Shown here piece by piece: positions 1 through 16,929 of a stretch of 64,000 nt of DNA (its first letter is position 1; the number at the start of each line of letters is the position of its first letter). Location of the stretch: NCBI RefSeq assembly GCF_009914755.1, contig NC_060926.1, one strand, 5' to 3'. The stretch is from the human T2T-CHM13v2.0 reference genome, Homo sapiens. Both the position numbers and the translations under genes were made by a program. The notes below the pieces were generated by a model. It did not search any database. It was given only the letters and a program-made list of their open reading frames with translations, and had not been told where the DNA came from.

Positions 1-621
1 GCTCTTAGGCTCCTGGGGGCAGGCACAGACCAAGACCTAGAAGTGCAAGAATATCACCTGTCCATGCACCAATTGAAGTATCTGCAGCATCTCAACTCTT
101 CAGTGGTTGAGTTACAGAGACACTTGCTGTGAGGTCGCTTCCCCTTGGCTGTAAGACTTCCCTGGGTCCATATCTGAGCCTCTCAAGAACACACAAGAAA
201 TCTAAGAGTAGGAGTGAAAAAAACTACTCAAGACTATTTCTGACCCATGTCTAAACATTTCTACTCAAAGCATCCCCTGTCATGGGCAAGGCCTTATATA
301 CTAGGAAAATTGTCATGTCTATGAGTTATACCCAGGAAGGAAGAAATAGGTCTCCTCAACTCTCAGATGATCTAACTCATCTGAGGTTTTAATCATGTCT
401 TCCCCACCCCTTGTCTGAACTAGCTATGGGCCCCTTCTCAAAAGTCTCCCTGAATCTAAACTTTCTTCCTTAAATTTGACTCTCTCCTCCTACCATGCTG
501 ATAGAATCTTTATCTAAAAAAGATAAGGTAAATAGAGGAAGACAAGTTGTTCTCTCTCACTTCATTGGTGTTGTATGTGCATATCTTCATGTTTAAAGCT
601 TAAAAACGCTAACTGAGAACC

Positions 622-1129
<508 letters not shown>

Positions 1130-1188
1130 CTATCATCCAACTGCATAATAAAATGATGAGAGTGCCTGCCTTTGACAACGGGTGGTTC

Positions 1189-1478
1189 ATTTTTTTGTTT
1201 TTTCAAATTTATTTTACATTCAGGGGATACATGTGCAGGTTTGTTACCTGGGAATATTGTATGATGCTGAGGTTTGGGGTACAAATGATCCTGTCACCCA
1301 AGTACCGAACATAGTACCCCAATAGTTATTCATAGTTTTTTTCATCTCTTGCTCCACTCCTACCTTCCCTCTAGTGGTCCCTGGTGTCTATCATTGCCAT
1401 CTTTATGTCCATGAGTACCTAATGTTTAGCTCCCACCTGTGAGACCATGTGGTATTAGATTTTCTGTTCCTGCGTTAA
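1189..1478 (-). mobile_element. L1 3' end (old L1PA/L1PB type), 5'-truncated
   Basis: poly(T) then tacatgtgcaggtttgttacc...tttagctcccacc; degenerate TSD acaacgggtggttc (1175-1188) / acaatgggtagttc (1479-1492). Confidence 0.85.
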
Positions 1479-1910
1479 ACAATGGGTAGTTCCAGCAAAG
1501 TGTGTATATCATGCAATCCTGCTTTGCACTTACATTTCAGACTTTCCCATTTAAGGCTTATAGGTCTTCCTGAAATACAGATGAATGCAATGCATGTCAT
1601 GTTTTTCAGCCTCTTCATGAGCCCACAATCTGATGGCCTTTTGTTCATAAGAGTGCCTGATAACTAAGTTGACTTTTAATTCTCTGCATCTTTCAGTAGT
1701 GACTGGGTTACTGTCCTATCAGAAAAGATTAGAGGCTTCTCCAGTCTCCTTAATTATACGGCAATAAAACATTAAGGTTTGAGATACATTATTTTCAATA
1801 AATAAGAGGACAGCTTGTTGACAATACTCAACCAAGTGTGCAAATGGTAGAAATAAATATAATGGACTCCTTTTTCAATACACAATTTCTCTGGAATTAT
1901 TAATGAACAT

Positions 1911-2280
1911 TGTATTGGTCTGCTACGGCTGCCATAAAATACCACAGACTGGGTGGCTTACACAACAGAAGTTCATTTCTCATAGTGCTGAAGGCTGGGA
2001 GTTCAAGGGTTGGTTTCTCCTTGGCTTGCAGATGGCAACTTCTTGCTCTGTTCTCACATGGCCTTTTCTCTGTGTGAGTAGAGGCTTTCTTCTCTTCTCC
2101 ATCTTCCTCTTCTTCCCTTTCTTCTTCTTTGGACACTAGTCCCATTGAATTGAGGCCCTATCCTTTGATCCCATTGAAACTTAATTGCCTCTTTAAAGGT
2201 CCAATTTCCAAAAACAGTCACATTGGAGGTTAGGGCTTCAACAGAGGTATTTGTGTTATGGATACAAGTCAGTCCATGCA
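1911..2280 (-). mobile_element. MaLR solo LTR (MLT1A/B-like)
   Basis: tgtattggtctgct...ataccacagactgggtggctta...gttagggcttcaaca...cagtccatgca, typical MLT1 termini. Confidence 0.8.
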
Positions 2281-3224
2281 CAGTCCTATTATATAAACCT
2301 GTGACTCTTCATGATAAGTAGAACCTAAAATGTAAATAACATGACGTTCTTGCTCTTACTACACTGCATAAGAACACAATGTTTAAACTTTGTTTTTCTA
2401 GCCAAATGCTAACGCTGGGTTGCTCCCCTTTCACCAACATGGATGCTGACTCAGCGCCCAGGTGTGTGCATTGCTCATGCTGATCCACAATGCAGCCTTG
2501 AAGGAATGAGACAGAGAGCTATCAGCTAGGGATGTGGGCGCACCTGACTATAATCCAAAAGGTGAGTGATCCCATGTGTCCAAATCTCTGCCATGCACCT
2601 CCTCCCACCCACCAGTGACAGTTCTGCCCTCTGACAAGGAGCAGTCCCTGTATTCAGACATTAAAAGCTCGCATTTGCCCCAAAGCTTATGAGGCATGAA
2701 ACCTATTTTACCACTTTTCTCAAGGATGTTTGACATTTTGATGATTAGGAGTGTCGTCTCTTGGATTTTGCTCATTACAAAGATCAAATAACATAAGCAA
2801 TTATGACAATTAGAGGTGAAAGATTTCTACTGGAAAAAAAACCCTCTTGGAAAATAACATAGTTGAATCCAAAATGATAAGATTCCTTATCTGGCAGATT
2901 TGAACCCAGAATGGATCCAGAAAATCATTAGATCTTGAAGGAATTTAAATAAAAACTAAACTGAGAAAGTTATTAGCTTCTGTTATTTAACTACCTTTTT
3001 TTTCTAAAGCATCCTGGTACACCGAAATAATAGAAAATTAAAGTAAAATAAATGCATCGGTGAAGAAACTGACTCTTATTTTAATGCTGATGCTACTACC
3101 TAAGAGGCAATATTTATCTAGGAAAGTCATTAATACAACACCCACAATTCCCTGTAGAATTACCTTTTGTGAAATTTGTAAACTTTTGTGTTTTTTCTTA
3201 TGGTTTTATTGGAACCAAAGACAC

Positions 3225-3282
3225 TATACACATGCGCTCATGCGTGCGCACACACACGTGCGCGCACACACACACACACACA
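3225..3282. repeat. (CA)n/(CG) compound microsatellite
   Basis: Direct reading; uninterrupted purine-pyrimidine alternation over 3239-3282. Confidence 0.95.
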
Positions 3283-4242
3283 GTATGGGGAAGATACTGA
3301 AGGCACAGATTGGTGAATCTATCTTTATATAAAGAGCATGTTAATTTACAACTTAAGTACGCAGTCAATTGCTTGGCTTCCTAGCAAATTTAATATCTAC
3401 CATGAGTTTCAACCCTAAGGCTAGCCAACTTCACCCTTCACAATTAGGTACTTGGAATTTATTTCCTCTGTGGATAAAGAACAAAGAAAAATACAGCCAA
3501 AGGGTGTTTTTGTTGTTGTTATTCAGTTGTATGTATTTTTAATGATCTCTGTGGTAATATAATTATGGTTTTCAGCCTTCTGGTTGAATCAATTGAAAGG
3601 AATTACTTTTTGGTTATACAAGATGATGAAATGCTGAGGAAAATGGCCTAAGTTATAGAAAGAGAAAAATACCACAAAAAAAAGAGACTTGGCATGAATA
3701 TGGGTATCAGCCTGTGTAATTTTTTTAATGTGGAGAGAAAATGATGGACATTTAGACATTAGTCTACAAGTATTTCTTGTGCCCAAGCACAAGAGAAGAA
3801 TTCTCTCATGTGCCCACCAAAAATTGATATAATTCAAGCATTGTATGCTCTACGTAGAATTTTAATTTAAATGTTCCAAGTTGCCATACATATACAGGAA
3901 AAGACAACTTATAAACCCTGGACTTATAAACAGTAGTCTCTCATAAACAGCCTCATCTGAATCCCGTCTCCCTCCTCAGAGCACACATAAAGGGGTGTTG
4001 CCGCTGCTCCCATGAGAAAAGAATCTGAAGAAATATGGAGATTTTAAGGAATTATGAGGTTTAGAACATAAAGAGAAAGTGAGAAAATGGGAAAAATCAG
4101 GAACAGAATAATGTGCTCCCCTGGCCCTAGACTCCCAGATGGGACGAGCTCCCCTCTATTGGTTCCTGATATTTATTTTAAAAATAAGTAAATAAATAAC
4201 AAAGAGGGAGGATAACAAAGTTCTGTGTTAGAAAGGAAAAAG

Positions 4243-4420
4243 CCTGGTGTCTCTTCCTCTTCTTATAGGGACAACAGTCCTATTGAACTAGAGCCCCACC
4301 TTTGTGACCTAATTTAACTTTACCTCTTTAAAGGTAATTACACTTTCTCTAAATATAGTTGCATTGGGGGTTAGGGCTTCAACATATAAATTTGGAGAGG
4401 GTACAATTTAGGCCATAACA
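4243..4420 (-). mobile_element. MLT1 LTR fragment (5' half)
   Basis: ttgggggttagggcttcaacatataaatttgga...ccataaca. Confidence 0.7.
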
Positions 4421-4456
4421 GACGGGTTAGAAGGAACCTGAAAAATTAATTTGAAC

Positions 4457-4668
4457 TACAGTGACTCGGGTTAATAATAGTGTATTGTATATTTCAAAAT
4501 TGCTAAAAGAGATTTTAAACATTCTCACCACAAAAAAATAAGTATATAAGTTGATAGATGTGTTAATTAACTTGATTTTAATCATCCCACAATGTAAACA
4601 TATATCAAAACGTCACATTTTTCCCCATGAATGTATATAGTTATTATTTGTCAATTAAAACTAAAATT
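4457..4668 (+). mobile_element. L1MA-type 3' UTR fragment
   Basis: aataatagtgtattgtatatttcaaaattgctaaaagagatttt...ttgtcaattaaaa. Confidence 0.8.
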
Positions 4669-5931
4669 TTATCAGAAAAGAGCTTTTTGAGGAAATCACA
4701 CAAGCAGAGAAACAACTTCTCTCTATAAAGTTTCTTGGTGTGAAATCACCTGATGTGTGATCCAAACTGGGACTAATAACAAAGGACAGAAGAGAGGCAG
4801 CATAGGATGAATCAGGAATATGTGGAGCATGGGAAGGAATCAAGGGTTCAGATGACTGCAAGCATGACATGTAGCAATAGTGTGGTATGGCTGCTAAAAA
4901 ACAAACAAACAAAAAACTTCCAATCTTAGGCCGTAACTCCATGCTTTTGGCTTCATATCACCCTTCAGCCTGCATCCCATAATGGTGAGCAAGAAATCAA
5001 CCTGTATGAATGAAAGTCACTGAGATGCAGGAGTTGTTTTTTAATGTGGAGGTTGAAAGTTGACTGGCAACAGGAGCATGAAAAGAGTATGAAATTGGAA
5101 AGGTTAAAGGAATCTCAATCTCTCCCCTAGGTTTTGTTACCTACGTGGGTACTCACTATATATCTATTAAATCAGAATGGCATGAGCTCCTCTATTTGGG
5201 GTCCTTCGATACATACAAAGCTCCATTACCCTGGCTGTCACATAGTCGAGGGTCCAGATATTTCACAGAAACCAGACAGGCAGTAAGAACTTTTTTTGCT
5301 CCACGGTAAACTTAAGAGGAGACATTATTGGATTCTCTCATGTAAGAAAGTAAACAAAGATGCTTATGATTAACTAAAACCCACCTCCCGCATAAAAGCT
5401 GGTAGTAGACATTTGCTACTTTAGCAGATACAAAACATTTTTGAACCATCTTTCTATGTTCTGGTAATTTCCTATACAATTCATTCAGAAAATTTGCAAT
5501 CCCTGAGTTCTTTATGGCTCAAAACCTAAGTTCTTCCTTGTGATGCAGGTTCTCCAAATGAAATGCATTTGCACAGCATTGGATTCAGAAGTGAGTGATG
5601 ACATGGGGTGGGATAATGGCATGTTGGTCTTTGAGGGCAACAACAGAGGAGGAGCTTCAAGCCCAAGGTTTATGGAAGTCAGTGGCCATAATGTTTCCAC
5701 TAAGGAAGTCTCAGCAGTGTGCTGTTCAGGACTCTGATTCTCTGATATAATCCCTCATATTACAGTTTTCCTCACTGCAGGGAGAACATAAGTTTATATG
5801 ATGATTGTCACCAATAGCTTCCCTTAGCTTCCACATGGTCACTTAAAAAGTTAAAATCCTATTTTAGCCAATTTCCCTTCTTAGCACTCAGGTCTCCTTT
5901 TTCAAGCTCTCTATATATTTCCCTCTGCTTC

Positions 5932-6366
5932 TGATATGGTTTCTATCTGTGTCTCCATCACATCTCAAAAATCTCATGTTGCAATGTACTCCCCAGTGTT
6001 GGAGGTGGAGCCTGGTGGAAGGTGATCAGGTCATGGGGGTGGATTTCTCATGAATGGTTTAGCACCATCACTCTGGTACTGTTCTCACGATAGTGAGTGA
6101 GTTTTCACAAGATCTGGCTGTTTAAAAGTGTGTGGAACCCCCCTCTCTCCCTCTCTTGCTCCTGCTCTGGCCATATGACGTGCTTGCTTCCTCTTTACCT
6201 TCTGCCATGATTGTAAGTTTCTTAAGGCCTCCCCAGAAGCCAAACAGGTGCCAGTATCATGCTTCCTGTACAGCCTGCAGAACCGTGAGCCAATTAAGCC
6301 TCTTTTCTTTATAAATTACCCAATTGCAGGTATTTCTTTACAGCAATACAAGAATGGCCTAAAACC
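5932..6366 (+). mobile_element. MaLR solo LTR (MSTA-like)
   Basis: tgatatggttt start, cctcttttctttataaattaccc near end; 5-bp TSD-like gcttc/gctcc. Confidence 0.9.
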
Positions 6367-7152
6367 GCTCCACCAGTACTTTCCACTTTAATGAGGCCAG
6401 TATCTTGATTGTAACACATATATACACACATACACATACACACAAACGCACATTCATTGTGCATCCCCTTCCTTTTCTAGTATTATTTTCACCCTCGGCC
6501 ACACTTGTCCATAGCAGGAAAGCTCCCTTGCTCCTCTCAAAACTCCTGATTCTGTCTTTAAAAAGTTCAACTTGAATACTATGTCCACAGAACCTCTAAT
6601 CACTCCAACCTCAAATCATCTATTTTCTGACCCTTCTATAATGCTGTTATCCACTTAATTACTTCCTAGTGATTTGATGGGTTAGTTTTGACTGCTTCCA
6701 ACTAAAGCTCTCTGAAAGTGTGTATTTGCTTTTGCATTGGTTGCTGGCAAGAATTCTCCCCAGCCATGTGACAAGGTCTTCACAACCAGCTTGCCATTCT
6801 GTCAATTTGCAATAATTTTCCATGGATAAAAATTCAAGGAGTGAAAGGAATTTAATAAACTGAAAAAACTGTGGCATATTTTAGATTATGCATATGAGTG
6901 GATTAAGTTTTTCTTTTCTCTCCTTTGATATCATTTTTCTTTTATCTCTATTGCTATTCTGTACTTTTAATAATATTTTCTAAAGTGAAGAATTTTTAAA
7001 TAGTATAGGTTTCTAAAGAAACAAAATATGCTAAATTATAACAACTTAGTAAAATATGTGATGGAATATTGTGCACTTGGCAAAAATGATTGTGTTAAGT
7101 GTATACTAATCTAGAAAATAGGTGATAATGTTGAATACAAAAATCACAACTC

Positions 7153-7370
7153 TAATAATGCTAACAATATTCACCCTGTTAATTAGCCACCCTACTAAAC
7201 ATTATTTTCACATGTTAGCTTATTTAAAAATTTCAATTACCATATAATGTAGGTATTTTTATCTTCCTTTCATGTAAGAAAGAAAAGAGACTCAGCAAGT
7301 CTAAGTGTTCACACAGCTGCTAGGTAGGAGAACAGGTACTTGAGTTGAGATTCACCTGATTTTAAAGAGA
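7153..7370 (-). mobile_element. MIR (degraded)
   Basis: Antisense MIR core-like: gtaggtatttttatcttcc...cacacagctgctaggtaggag. Confidence 0.55.
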
Positions 7371-8028
7371 TTATAGTCTTAACTACTATATTGTACATGT
7401 ATATCAAAAATAACAAAGCCCGAAAAAGACAAATAGACATTAACAAAGGCTTTATTTGGATAATGGAATTATGGGAATTCTTTCAGGGATCTGTTTTGTT
7501 TTTTCAATATTCTATTTTTCATACCATCCATATATGTAATTTCTTAACATCATATTTCTGCTTTTTTAGTAAAAACAGACAATTCATAAATGCCTACCAT
7601 GTACCCATGACCTATCACTGCAGAGATGTCTGAGAAAGAATTCCAAGGTAGGCACCTGAGAATGATGCTTCTTAAAATCTAAACAGGAGCTTGGAGTCTT
7701 GAGTCAGCTCACTGTCCTCAACCAAATCCTGTCCAACCCTGCAGGAAAAGTCCTTTTAATTCCTTTGTGGAAGGTGAGGAAACGTGGCTTTGTCCAAACA
7801 TCCTTGACAGAAACACATGTGTCTGCCTCTGTTGAGAAAAGTTTCCAAGGATCGTAGCGCTCTCCTTTGAGCAAAGTTGCCCAACTTCTGTCTCACGGGG
7901 GCCTGCCTGGACGCTGGTGGCCATGGATTCTTGTGGTGCACACACCTTGCTCAGGTGTAGCCAGCCTCCAAGTGATACATGATGGTTACTTCTTGAAGTA
8001 GACAAATTAATAAACCATTAGCTTTTAA

Positions 8029-8337
<309 letters not shown>

Positions 8338-9506
8338 CCACTGACCGTAACAGTAGTGAAAATCCATTGAATATAAACAGCAATATTTGTGCACATCAGA
8401 ATGAACTACTGAAAAACATTCTGTTGTTAACATGGCCACTTCTCTGTTGTATTCATTTCCTTTTTTCTTCTCCCTTTTTAATCAGAAGCACCACCAGCTA
8501 AATTTCCTGTATTTTCACACTGTGTTCCTGGCTTATCATATTACTTTGGAGGAGGGTAAATAATTGATTTGATCCATTACCTCTAATTCCTATCCTTCTA
8601 TTATATATGGTCTGATAAGATTACACATAAACAGGGACAAATTCCATTTTATACCTGGATTCCCAAGTAACCTAACCGTGGCACTCTTTGAAAGAATTCA
8701 AATGACTGATATAGAGGTACACTAAAAAATGGGTACAATCGATGGACTTACTATAATGAGTTCCTCAGTGCCATGCAAGTGAACATTTGAGTATTTAGAA
8801 TGTTTCCCACCAAATAGCATCTACTTTCAACAGCTGAGAAACCTGCCCCTTCTTTGTAAGCTCTCAAAAATCAGATATTTTTATTATGGAAATAGCTATT
8901 AATAGGTTTAATTGGTGGCTATTGTGCCAAATGAACAGTATCCAGAAAGAAATAAAAAGTATTCCTGATGGCAGCAGTAAGAACATGAGTGTTAACCTGA
9001 CTTACAAACCCAGGTCAGAGCCAAGTCAACCCATATGCTTAGTGAGCTATTATCCAAAATGCACTATGGTGAGCGGAGGTTGGAGCTGCAAGTGCAGACT
9101 GCACATCAGCTTCTTGAAGTTCAATGTCTCCTCTCTTTGTGGCTACCAGCTTGTTGCAGTTGGGCATGAGAGGATGGTTTCAGTGGAAAACTTCCATAAT
9201 TATATTAGTCAAAGTTCTTAGTGATCAAGAATTTCAATTCTGACATGGGTGTAGAAGTTTTGTATAAATGTAAGCAAAGGTTACCCTCTGAAATGCAAAG
9301 AAAAAGGAAACTGAGTGTCCAAAAATAGGAGAATAATTAATAGATGGTGATGTAACCACTTTAATCGGTTAATGGAATAATATATTCATTCAAAGTCATG
9401 TTTTTTAATGTCTAATGACACTGAAAATATTAAGGCATTATATTAAGTGAAAGAAGCAGGATTCAAAACAATATATACTTAGGATCCAAACTTTAGAAAA
9501 AGAAAA

Positions 9507-9538
9507 TGTGTGTGTGTGTGTGTGTGTGTGTGCATGTG
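9507..9538. repeat. (TG)n microsatellite, within a probable old L1M 3' fragment
   Basis: Direct reading. Confidence 0.9.
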
Positions 9539-10220
9539 TATAAAACTGGAAGGAGAGACACCAAAATCTTAGCAAATACATCTTCTGGGAGGACATTTTT
9601 TTTCTTTTATATATCTTTTCCAAATTTTCTACAATGAGTGTGTATTACTTTTTATAGTAATAAAAGAATGTCCTAAGAACCCTTAGGAAAATAATCAGTG
9701 TAGAATAGATCTTATTTCTTACCTGGCTTATCCACTGCTATTTCCCAGAGATTTCTCAGGTAATCCCTACCCCACTTTATTTTTCACTGTGCCAGAAGAT
9801 TTTTCTTTCCAAAATACAAATGTGATTTTATCACTGTCTTTTTAAAAATTTTCAGTGATATTCCATTTCCTAAAAGAAAAGAACCCAGACTCCTCTGCCT
9901 CCTTTATACATTCCCACCCTCCTATCAGCCCATCTTCCTAGTGTCCCCTCCCCCCACGGCCCTGCCCCCACCCCCATCTCTGGCTGGGACACATATCAGC
10001 CGCTGTGAACCTGCACATTGTGTTCTTTCCTTACGGGATCTCCTCTGCCAAATATCCTGTTCCAGTTTGCTACCTGTCAAACTCCTACCTGCCTTTCAAT
10101 AGTTACATTATGTAACCAATCTGTACTTCCATCTCTAGGCTAGGTATAATAGTCATATCTACCTTGTGCAATTGTTAAGGGGACTTAATGTGTTAAGACA
10201 TACTTGAAACAGTCCCTGGT

Positions 10221-10584
10221 TGATATGGTTTGGCTGTGTCCCCACCCAAATCTCATCTTGAATTGTAGTTCCCATAATTCCCATGTGTTGTGGGAGGGAC
10301 CCAGTAGGAGACACTTGAATCATGGGGGCAGCTTCCTCCATACTGTTCTCGTGGTGGTGAATAAGTCTCACGAGATCTGATGGTTTTATAAGGGGAAACC
10401 CCTTTCGCTTGGTTCTCATTGTCCCTTGCCTGCCATCATGTAAGATGTGCCTTTTGCCTTCTGCCATAATTTTGAGGCCTTCCCAGCCACGTGGAACTCT
10501 GTGAGTCCATTAAACCTCTTTTTCTTTATAAATTACCCAGTCTCTGTTATGTCTTTATTAACAACATGAAAATGGACTAATACA
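10221..10584 (+). mobile_element. THE1 (THE1B-like) solo LTR interrupting a MIR 3' end
   Basis: tgatatggtttggctgtgtccccacccaaatctcatcttgaattgtag ... ggactaataca; MIR tail on both sides (aacagtccctgg | gcatatagcaattactcataaatgttagct). Confidence 0.92.
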
Positions 10585-10979
10585 TGGGCATATAGCAATT
10601 ACTCATAAATGTTAGCTTACTGGAAGTTGAAATGTCCTATGGTCACCCCTGCAGCCTCCTCCACTTCCCTCCACCTGTGTGCCAGCTGCCTGAGATGCAC
10701 AACTTGGCTATAGCCTTCCTCGCATCATAAACATTAGAGTACTTTATTGTTATGTCTGTCTTCTCTGCAAGACTCTGAACACATCCAGGTTAGGGACCAG
10801 ATTCTATCCATCTGTGTTGCCCCTGCTCCTGGCCCACAACTGGTCCTCAGGCATTCTTACCAGACTGAAGGGCTTGAAATAAAACAGGCACAAATACTGG
10901 ATACAGATTCAACAAAACTAAATATAATTAGACATTTTAAAATCATGAGTGGGATTAGAGGGCATTAAATTAGATTAAA

Positions 10980-11270
10980 TAATTGTGTTCATTTCATTAG
11001 GAGTGATAATGGTGTAATGATTCTGTTTTTTTAAGGTTCTTATCTGTTCTCTGAAGCTTTTATGGGTAATATGTCCCTGCTATCTATGATTTGCTTTAAA
11101 ATATTTCAGCAAACAAAAATCCAAAAGAAAACCAGTGGTTGGTGGTAGAAGGGATGACATTGGCAAAATGTTGTTCATTGCTGAATGTGGACGTGAGTGC
11201 CTGTTCTCACCATACCCATACCGTTCTCTCTGCTTCTGTGAATGTTTGAAAATTTCCATAGTAAAAGTTA
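10980..11270 (+). mobile_element. Old L1M (L1MC/L1ME) 3' fragment
   Basis: gatttgctttaaaatatttcagc...ttggcaaaatgttg...tgtttgaaaatttccata. Confidence 0.55.
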
Positions 11271-11380
11271 CCCAAACATGCTAGCAACAAATGAACCATT
11301 CCATAATAACACTGAATGAAATCTCAAAACACTGGTGAATATTTTCCCAAAAGAGTATCTATGTAGAAATTCATTCAGTG

Positions 11381-12973
<1,593 letters not shown>

Positions 12974-14494
12974 AGAAATTCATTCAGTGAGCAGCTGATT
13001 ACCTGGCCTGTGTGAGAAGGTCCTGCTCCCATGCTCAGGTGAGTTACAGAAGCCCAAACTGACTTGGATTTGGCAACACACTGTCCTTGGAAACCTGCAT
13101 CAGTTGCAAAATGGAGACCAGAGAACCCACCTTTCAGGAGAACTAAAAACAATAAATAATTAATGGCAATAAGCACCCTGCTAATATAAATGTAAATGAT
13201 GATCTGCCTGCCTGCTCGATTTACATACAAATGTCCTTTTAAAAAAAAAACTATCGATAGTGGAAAATCAATAGTGTTGGTGATGGGAAAGTGATTTCCA
13301 AAGCTGTTTTTTTTAATGTTTTTGAAATAATAATCAGTAAAGCACAGTTATAATGGTTAACCAGACCCCTTGAGGCTGGAGCCCAGGGGAAGGAATTAGA
13401 ATCTCCAGGTAGATGCTGACTGACTCTGTGACCTCAGGCCACACATCTGTGTCCCTGTTTCCCTAGAAAAGGAGTGAGGAATGTCCAGAGGCTGGGATAT
13501 CCCAAGGTCATCTAGACCTGAGCAGATGGGGGCACATCCAGAGCCAAGGGGCTTCCAGCGAAAGGATCCCATAATCTCCATATATACCATCTCACCCCAA
13601 GTTCCTGTGCTCCCCCAGTTCTCTCTGGCTTCCGGAAAAGCCTATTTTATTTGTCCCAGGGTAATAGCCAATAGCCAAGAGCCATCTACCAAAAGGGCCT
13701 TCTGTGTGGACTCATCAGTTTGTATCACTTTACATCAACAAAAAAGGTCAGGTCAGGTTACATTCTGGCTGGTAGCTGTTAAATACTGAAACTAGAATTA
13801 TGAAGCATTAACTGCATAGTGTGTTCAGTGATAAGCCGTGCCTTTATTGCATGATGAGTACAAAAAAGCTATTATAGTTTCATTTGTATTAAGTATTGCA
13901 AAGTGCTAGGCACCCCATAACACGAATGAAACAGCTCTCTTCTAAAGCACTCTTCACTAGAAAGACACTTTAGAACTCTAATACTGAGAATCTTCCATGA
14001 CTAAAGGACTGAAAGTAACTTCATGTTTGATAAGAAATAGTAAGTTCTAAATGAAGAGAAAAATATATATGTACAAATGTATAAACTGACTCAAACTCTC
14101 AAATTCGTTATTGGTAAAATTAAGACAATTTTCCATAGAATCAGTTATTGAGTATAAAATGTCAATCTAGATAATAAAATAAATTTCTGTTTGTGACCCC
14201 ATCACGTGAAACTGATGATTTGAGCTTTACCAAATGTGGAAAGCATGTTTACAACTAATTGAAAATTAGTAAGCCACTGCAAGGAAATAAGAGTCAGTTG
14301 CCTCCCACAGCTGCTGGAAAAAAGGTACAACTCATCTTCCAATTTGAAAGGTATATTTGGGCTGCTGTGTCTTAAAACAGAAGCTATATGGCACTCACAA
14401 AAATCCACCGTGAGGGACCCAACCAAGGGGTTACTTCCGAGAGATGTTAGGGAGATTCTTCAGAGCAGCTGAAATGCTCTGCAAGGAGAAAAGC

Positions 14495-14560
14495 TCAGGC
14501 AACAGTAATTTTGAAGCTCCCAGTGATGACAGTGTGCAGCCAACATTGAGAACAACTGAG
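14495..14560. mobile_element. MER5-like hAT fragment
   Basis: tttgaagctcccagtgat...gtgcagccaacattgagaacaactg resembles a MER5 terminus. Confidence 0.45.
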
Positions 14561-15348
14561 CAGTATAACTGAGCTTTATAGCAGTCACTACAGGCCCCTA
14601 ATGGAGCAGACGCCCGCTCGGAACACCAGATGATTTCACTGAGGCCTCAATGGCATCACACCCATTAACTTCCCTTACTCTACCACCCTGGGTACTTTGG
14701 CTCCAGATCACGTGGCCCCTGCTTATCCATAATGCTTCCCCATACCCTAAATTTTCACCTTCCACAATATCAATATAATCAAAATAGCTATGACCTTTAT
14801 ATGTTTCTTTCCATTTTCCACCTTTCTCTGCTCCTAATTTTGAGCTGGATTAGAAAGGATGGTTAAATCTCTTTTACCTTTAACTGAATCCCCTGTTGTT
14901 TTTCTTCAAACCCTTCCAGAACAGCTAGTTATATAACTTGAAACACTCAGCCACTGTCTATATAGAAGGAAATATATATTGTTCTGATAAAAATCACTCC
15001 AGACTTAATGGCGTATAACCCAGCCCATTCATTCAGCCTCCCATAAACTCTGCGGAAGTTTCTTCTATAGTGTCATAACCAGGTGTCTCCTTATGCAGCC
15101 TCTAGTTATGTGCTACAAACGGGAAACTTACCAATGAGCCACAAGTGTCTATTGCATTCAGGGATATGATAAAAACTATGAGCAAAGTTGTTTCAGAATA
15201 AAGTTGAAACCTGGATATCAACTGGCATTTCAGGTTCTCTTGACTTTTGTGGCTGGGCCAATTATATCTTTACCTATGGAAGGAGAAATATGAGAGGGAG
15301 GCTCTTGCCTTCATTTCTGAGCAGCAAAAACATACAAAAGAATGAACC

Positions 15349-15725
<377 letters not shown>

Positions 15726-16129
15726 TTAATGCTTTAAAGTACTGTTCACTATTTTAATACTGTTTGAATGATTTTTCTGATATGTAACTCAGACAACACC
15801 AAATTCATCACCGACCTAGATACTCACACCTCATATGAGTTAGGTATTTTCATTATCCCTCTGTAATGAGGCAATTGAAGTCCATTAAGTGACTTGTCCA
15901 AGGTCTTTTTATGTGTACCTGGACTATATAACCCAAGCCTTTATCAGACCCCAGGTTTTCCACACACAGAAATATTTGGGTTTTATTATTCCACAGTCCA
16001 TTTAACTTGCCAGATATAGCTGTTACAATATAGGAACTTGGGTTGGGTCCTCCCTCACCACTTTAAATTTATTAACCTTGCTGGGTTCTCTTGGTACACT
16101 TGCAGGACACCACGGAGAGGAAGTGACTG

Positions 16130-16365
16130 GGGCAGTGGTTAAGCATAGTCCTTGGAGCCACTTTGCCCAGGTTGAATCACGACTTTCTAATCCCCAGCCA
16201 CAAAACCTTGGCATGTTGCTTAGCCTCTGTATTCCCCCAATAGCATTGTCTGTGAAATGAAAATGATAAAACTTCCTTTCAGGGTTTCGGTGAGAATTGA
16301 CCATTGCACATAAAATTCTTAGAACAGTGTCTGACACATAGTAAGGGCTAGATACATGTTAGCTT
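16130..16365 (+). mobile_element. MIR, near full-length
   Basis: gtggttaagc...accttggcatgttgcttagcctct...agaacagtgtctgacacatagtaag. Confidence 0.8.
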
Positions 16366-16552
16366 GTCTGAAGCATCCCTGAGATCCCTTCCAGCAAGAA
16401 ATTTCTATACTTTTCTGAAATTAAAGCACCAAATTAGTCTCTTAGACAATTACATAAAATTTGGGGGTCTGTGGCATTTCCTTTAAGATAGGGACGTGGA
16501 AAAAGCAGATAGGCATAGGTAAAGCAGGTGGCCACTTACATAATGTGATCCA

Positions 16553-16692
16553 GTTGGATGACCATATTCTGTGTTGAAGAAATCAAGCCCCTTTGACAGG
16601 GGAAGGGGGAAGTGGCACTATGAATAATTTCAGTGGAATGATTGTGATCTGGGATTGTGCAAGACCACTCCAGGACATGTTGTCTGCACCCT
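16553..16692 (+). mobile_element. MER94-like hAT-Blackjack MITE
   Basis: gatgaccatat...ggcactatgaataatt...ggacatgttgtctgcaccct resembles the recalled MER94 consensus and its TIRs. Confidence 0.5.
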
Positions 16693-16929
16693 CTGTGGGT
16701 TATGAGAGGACTTCCACCTGCCCTGTAAATATCTCACTTACTATTGAGCTGAGGTTGTCCTCTTTCCTCATACTGAGTTTGAATTTCCCAGCACTTGAGA
16801 TACCCAATATCATAGTCATCCCTTAAATTAGAAATAAAACCCATACTTAAAAAAACCCTCATATACCTCTACTTTATTATTCCTACTCCTATTCTAAATG
16901 AGATTCCACTAAATTTTTTGAAAGATGCA

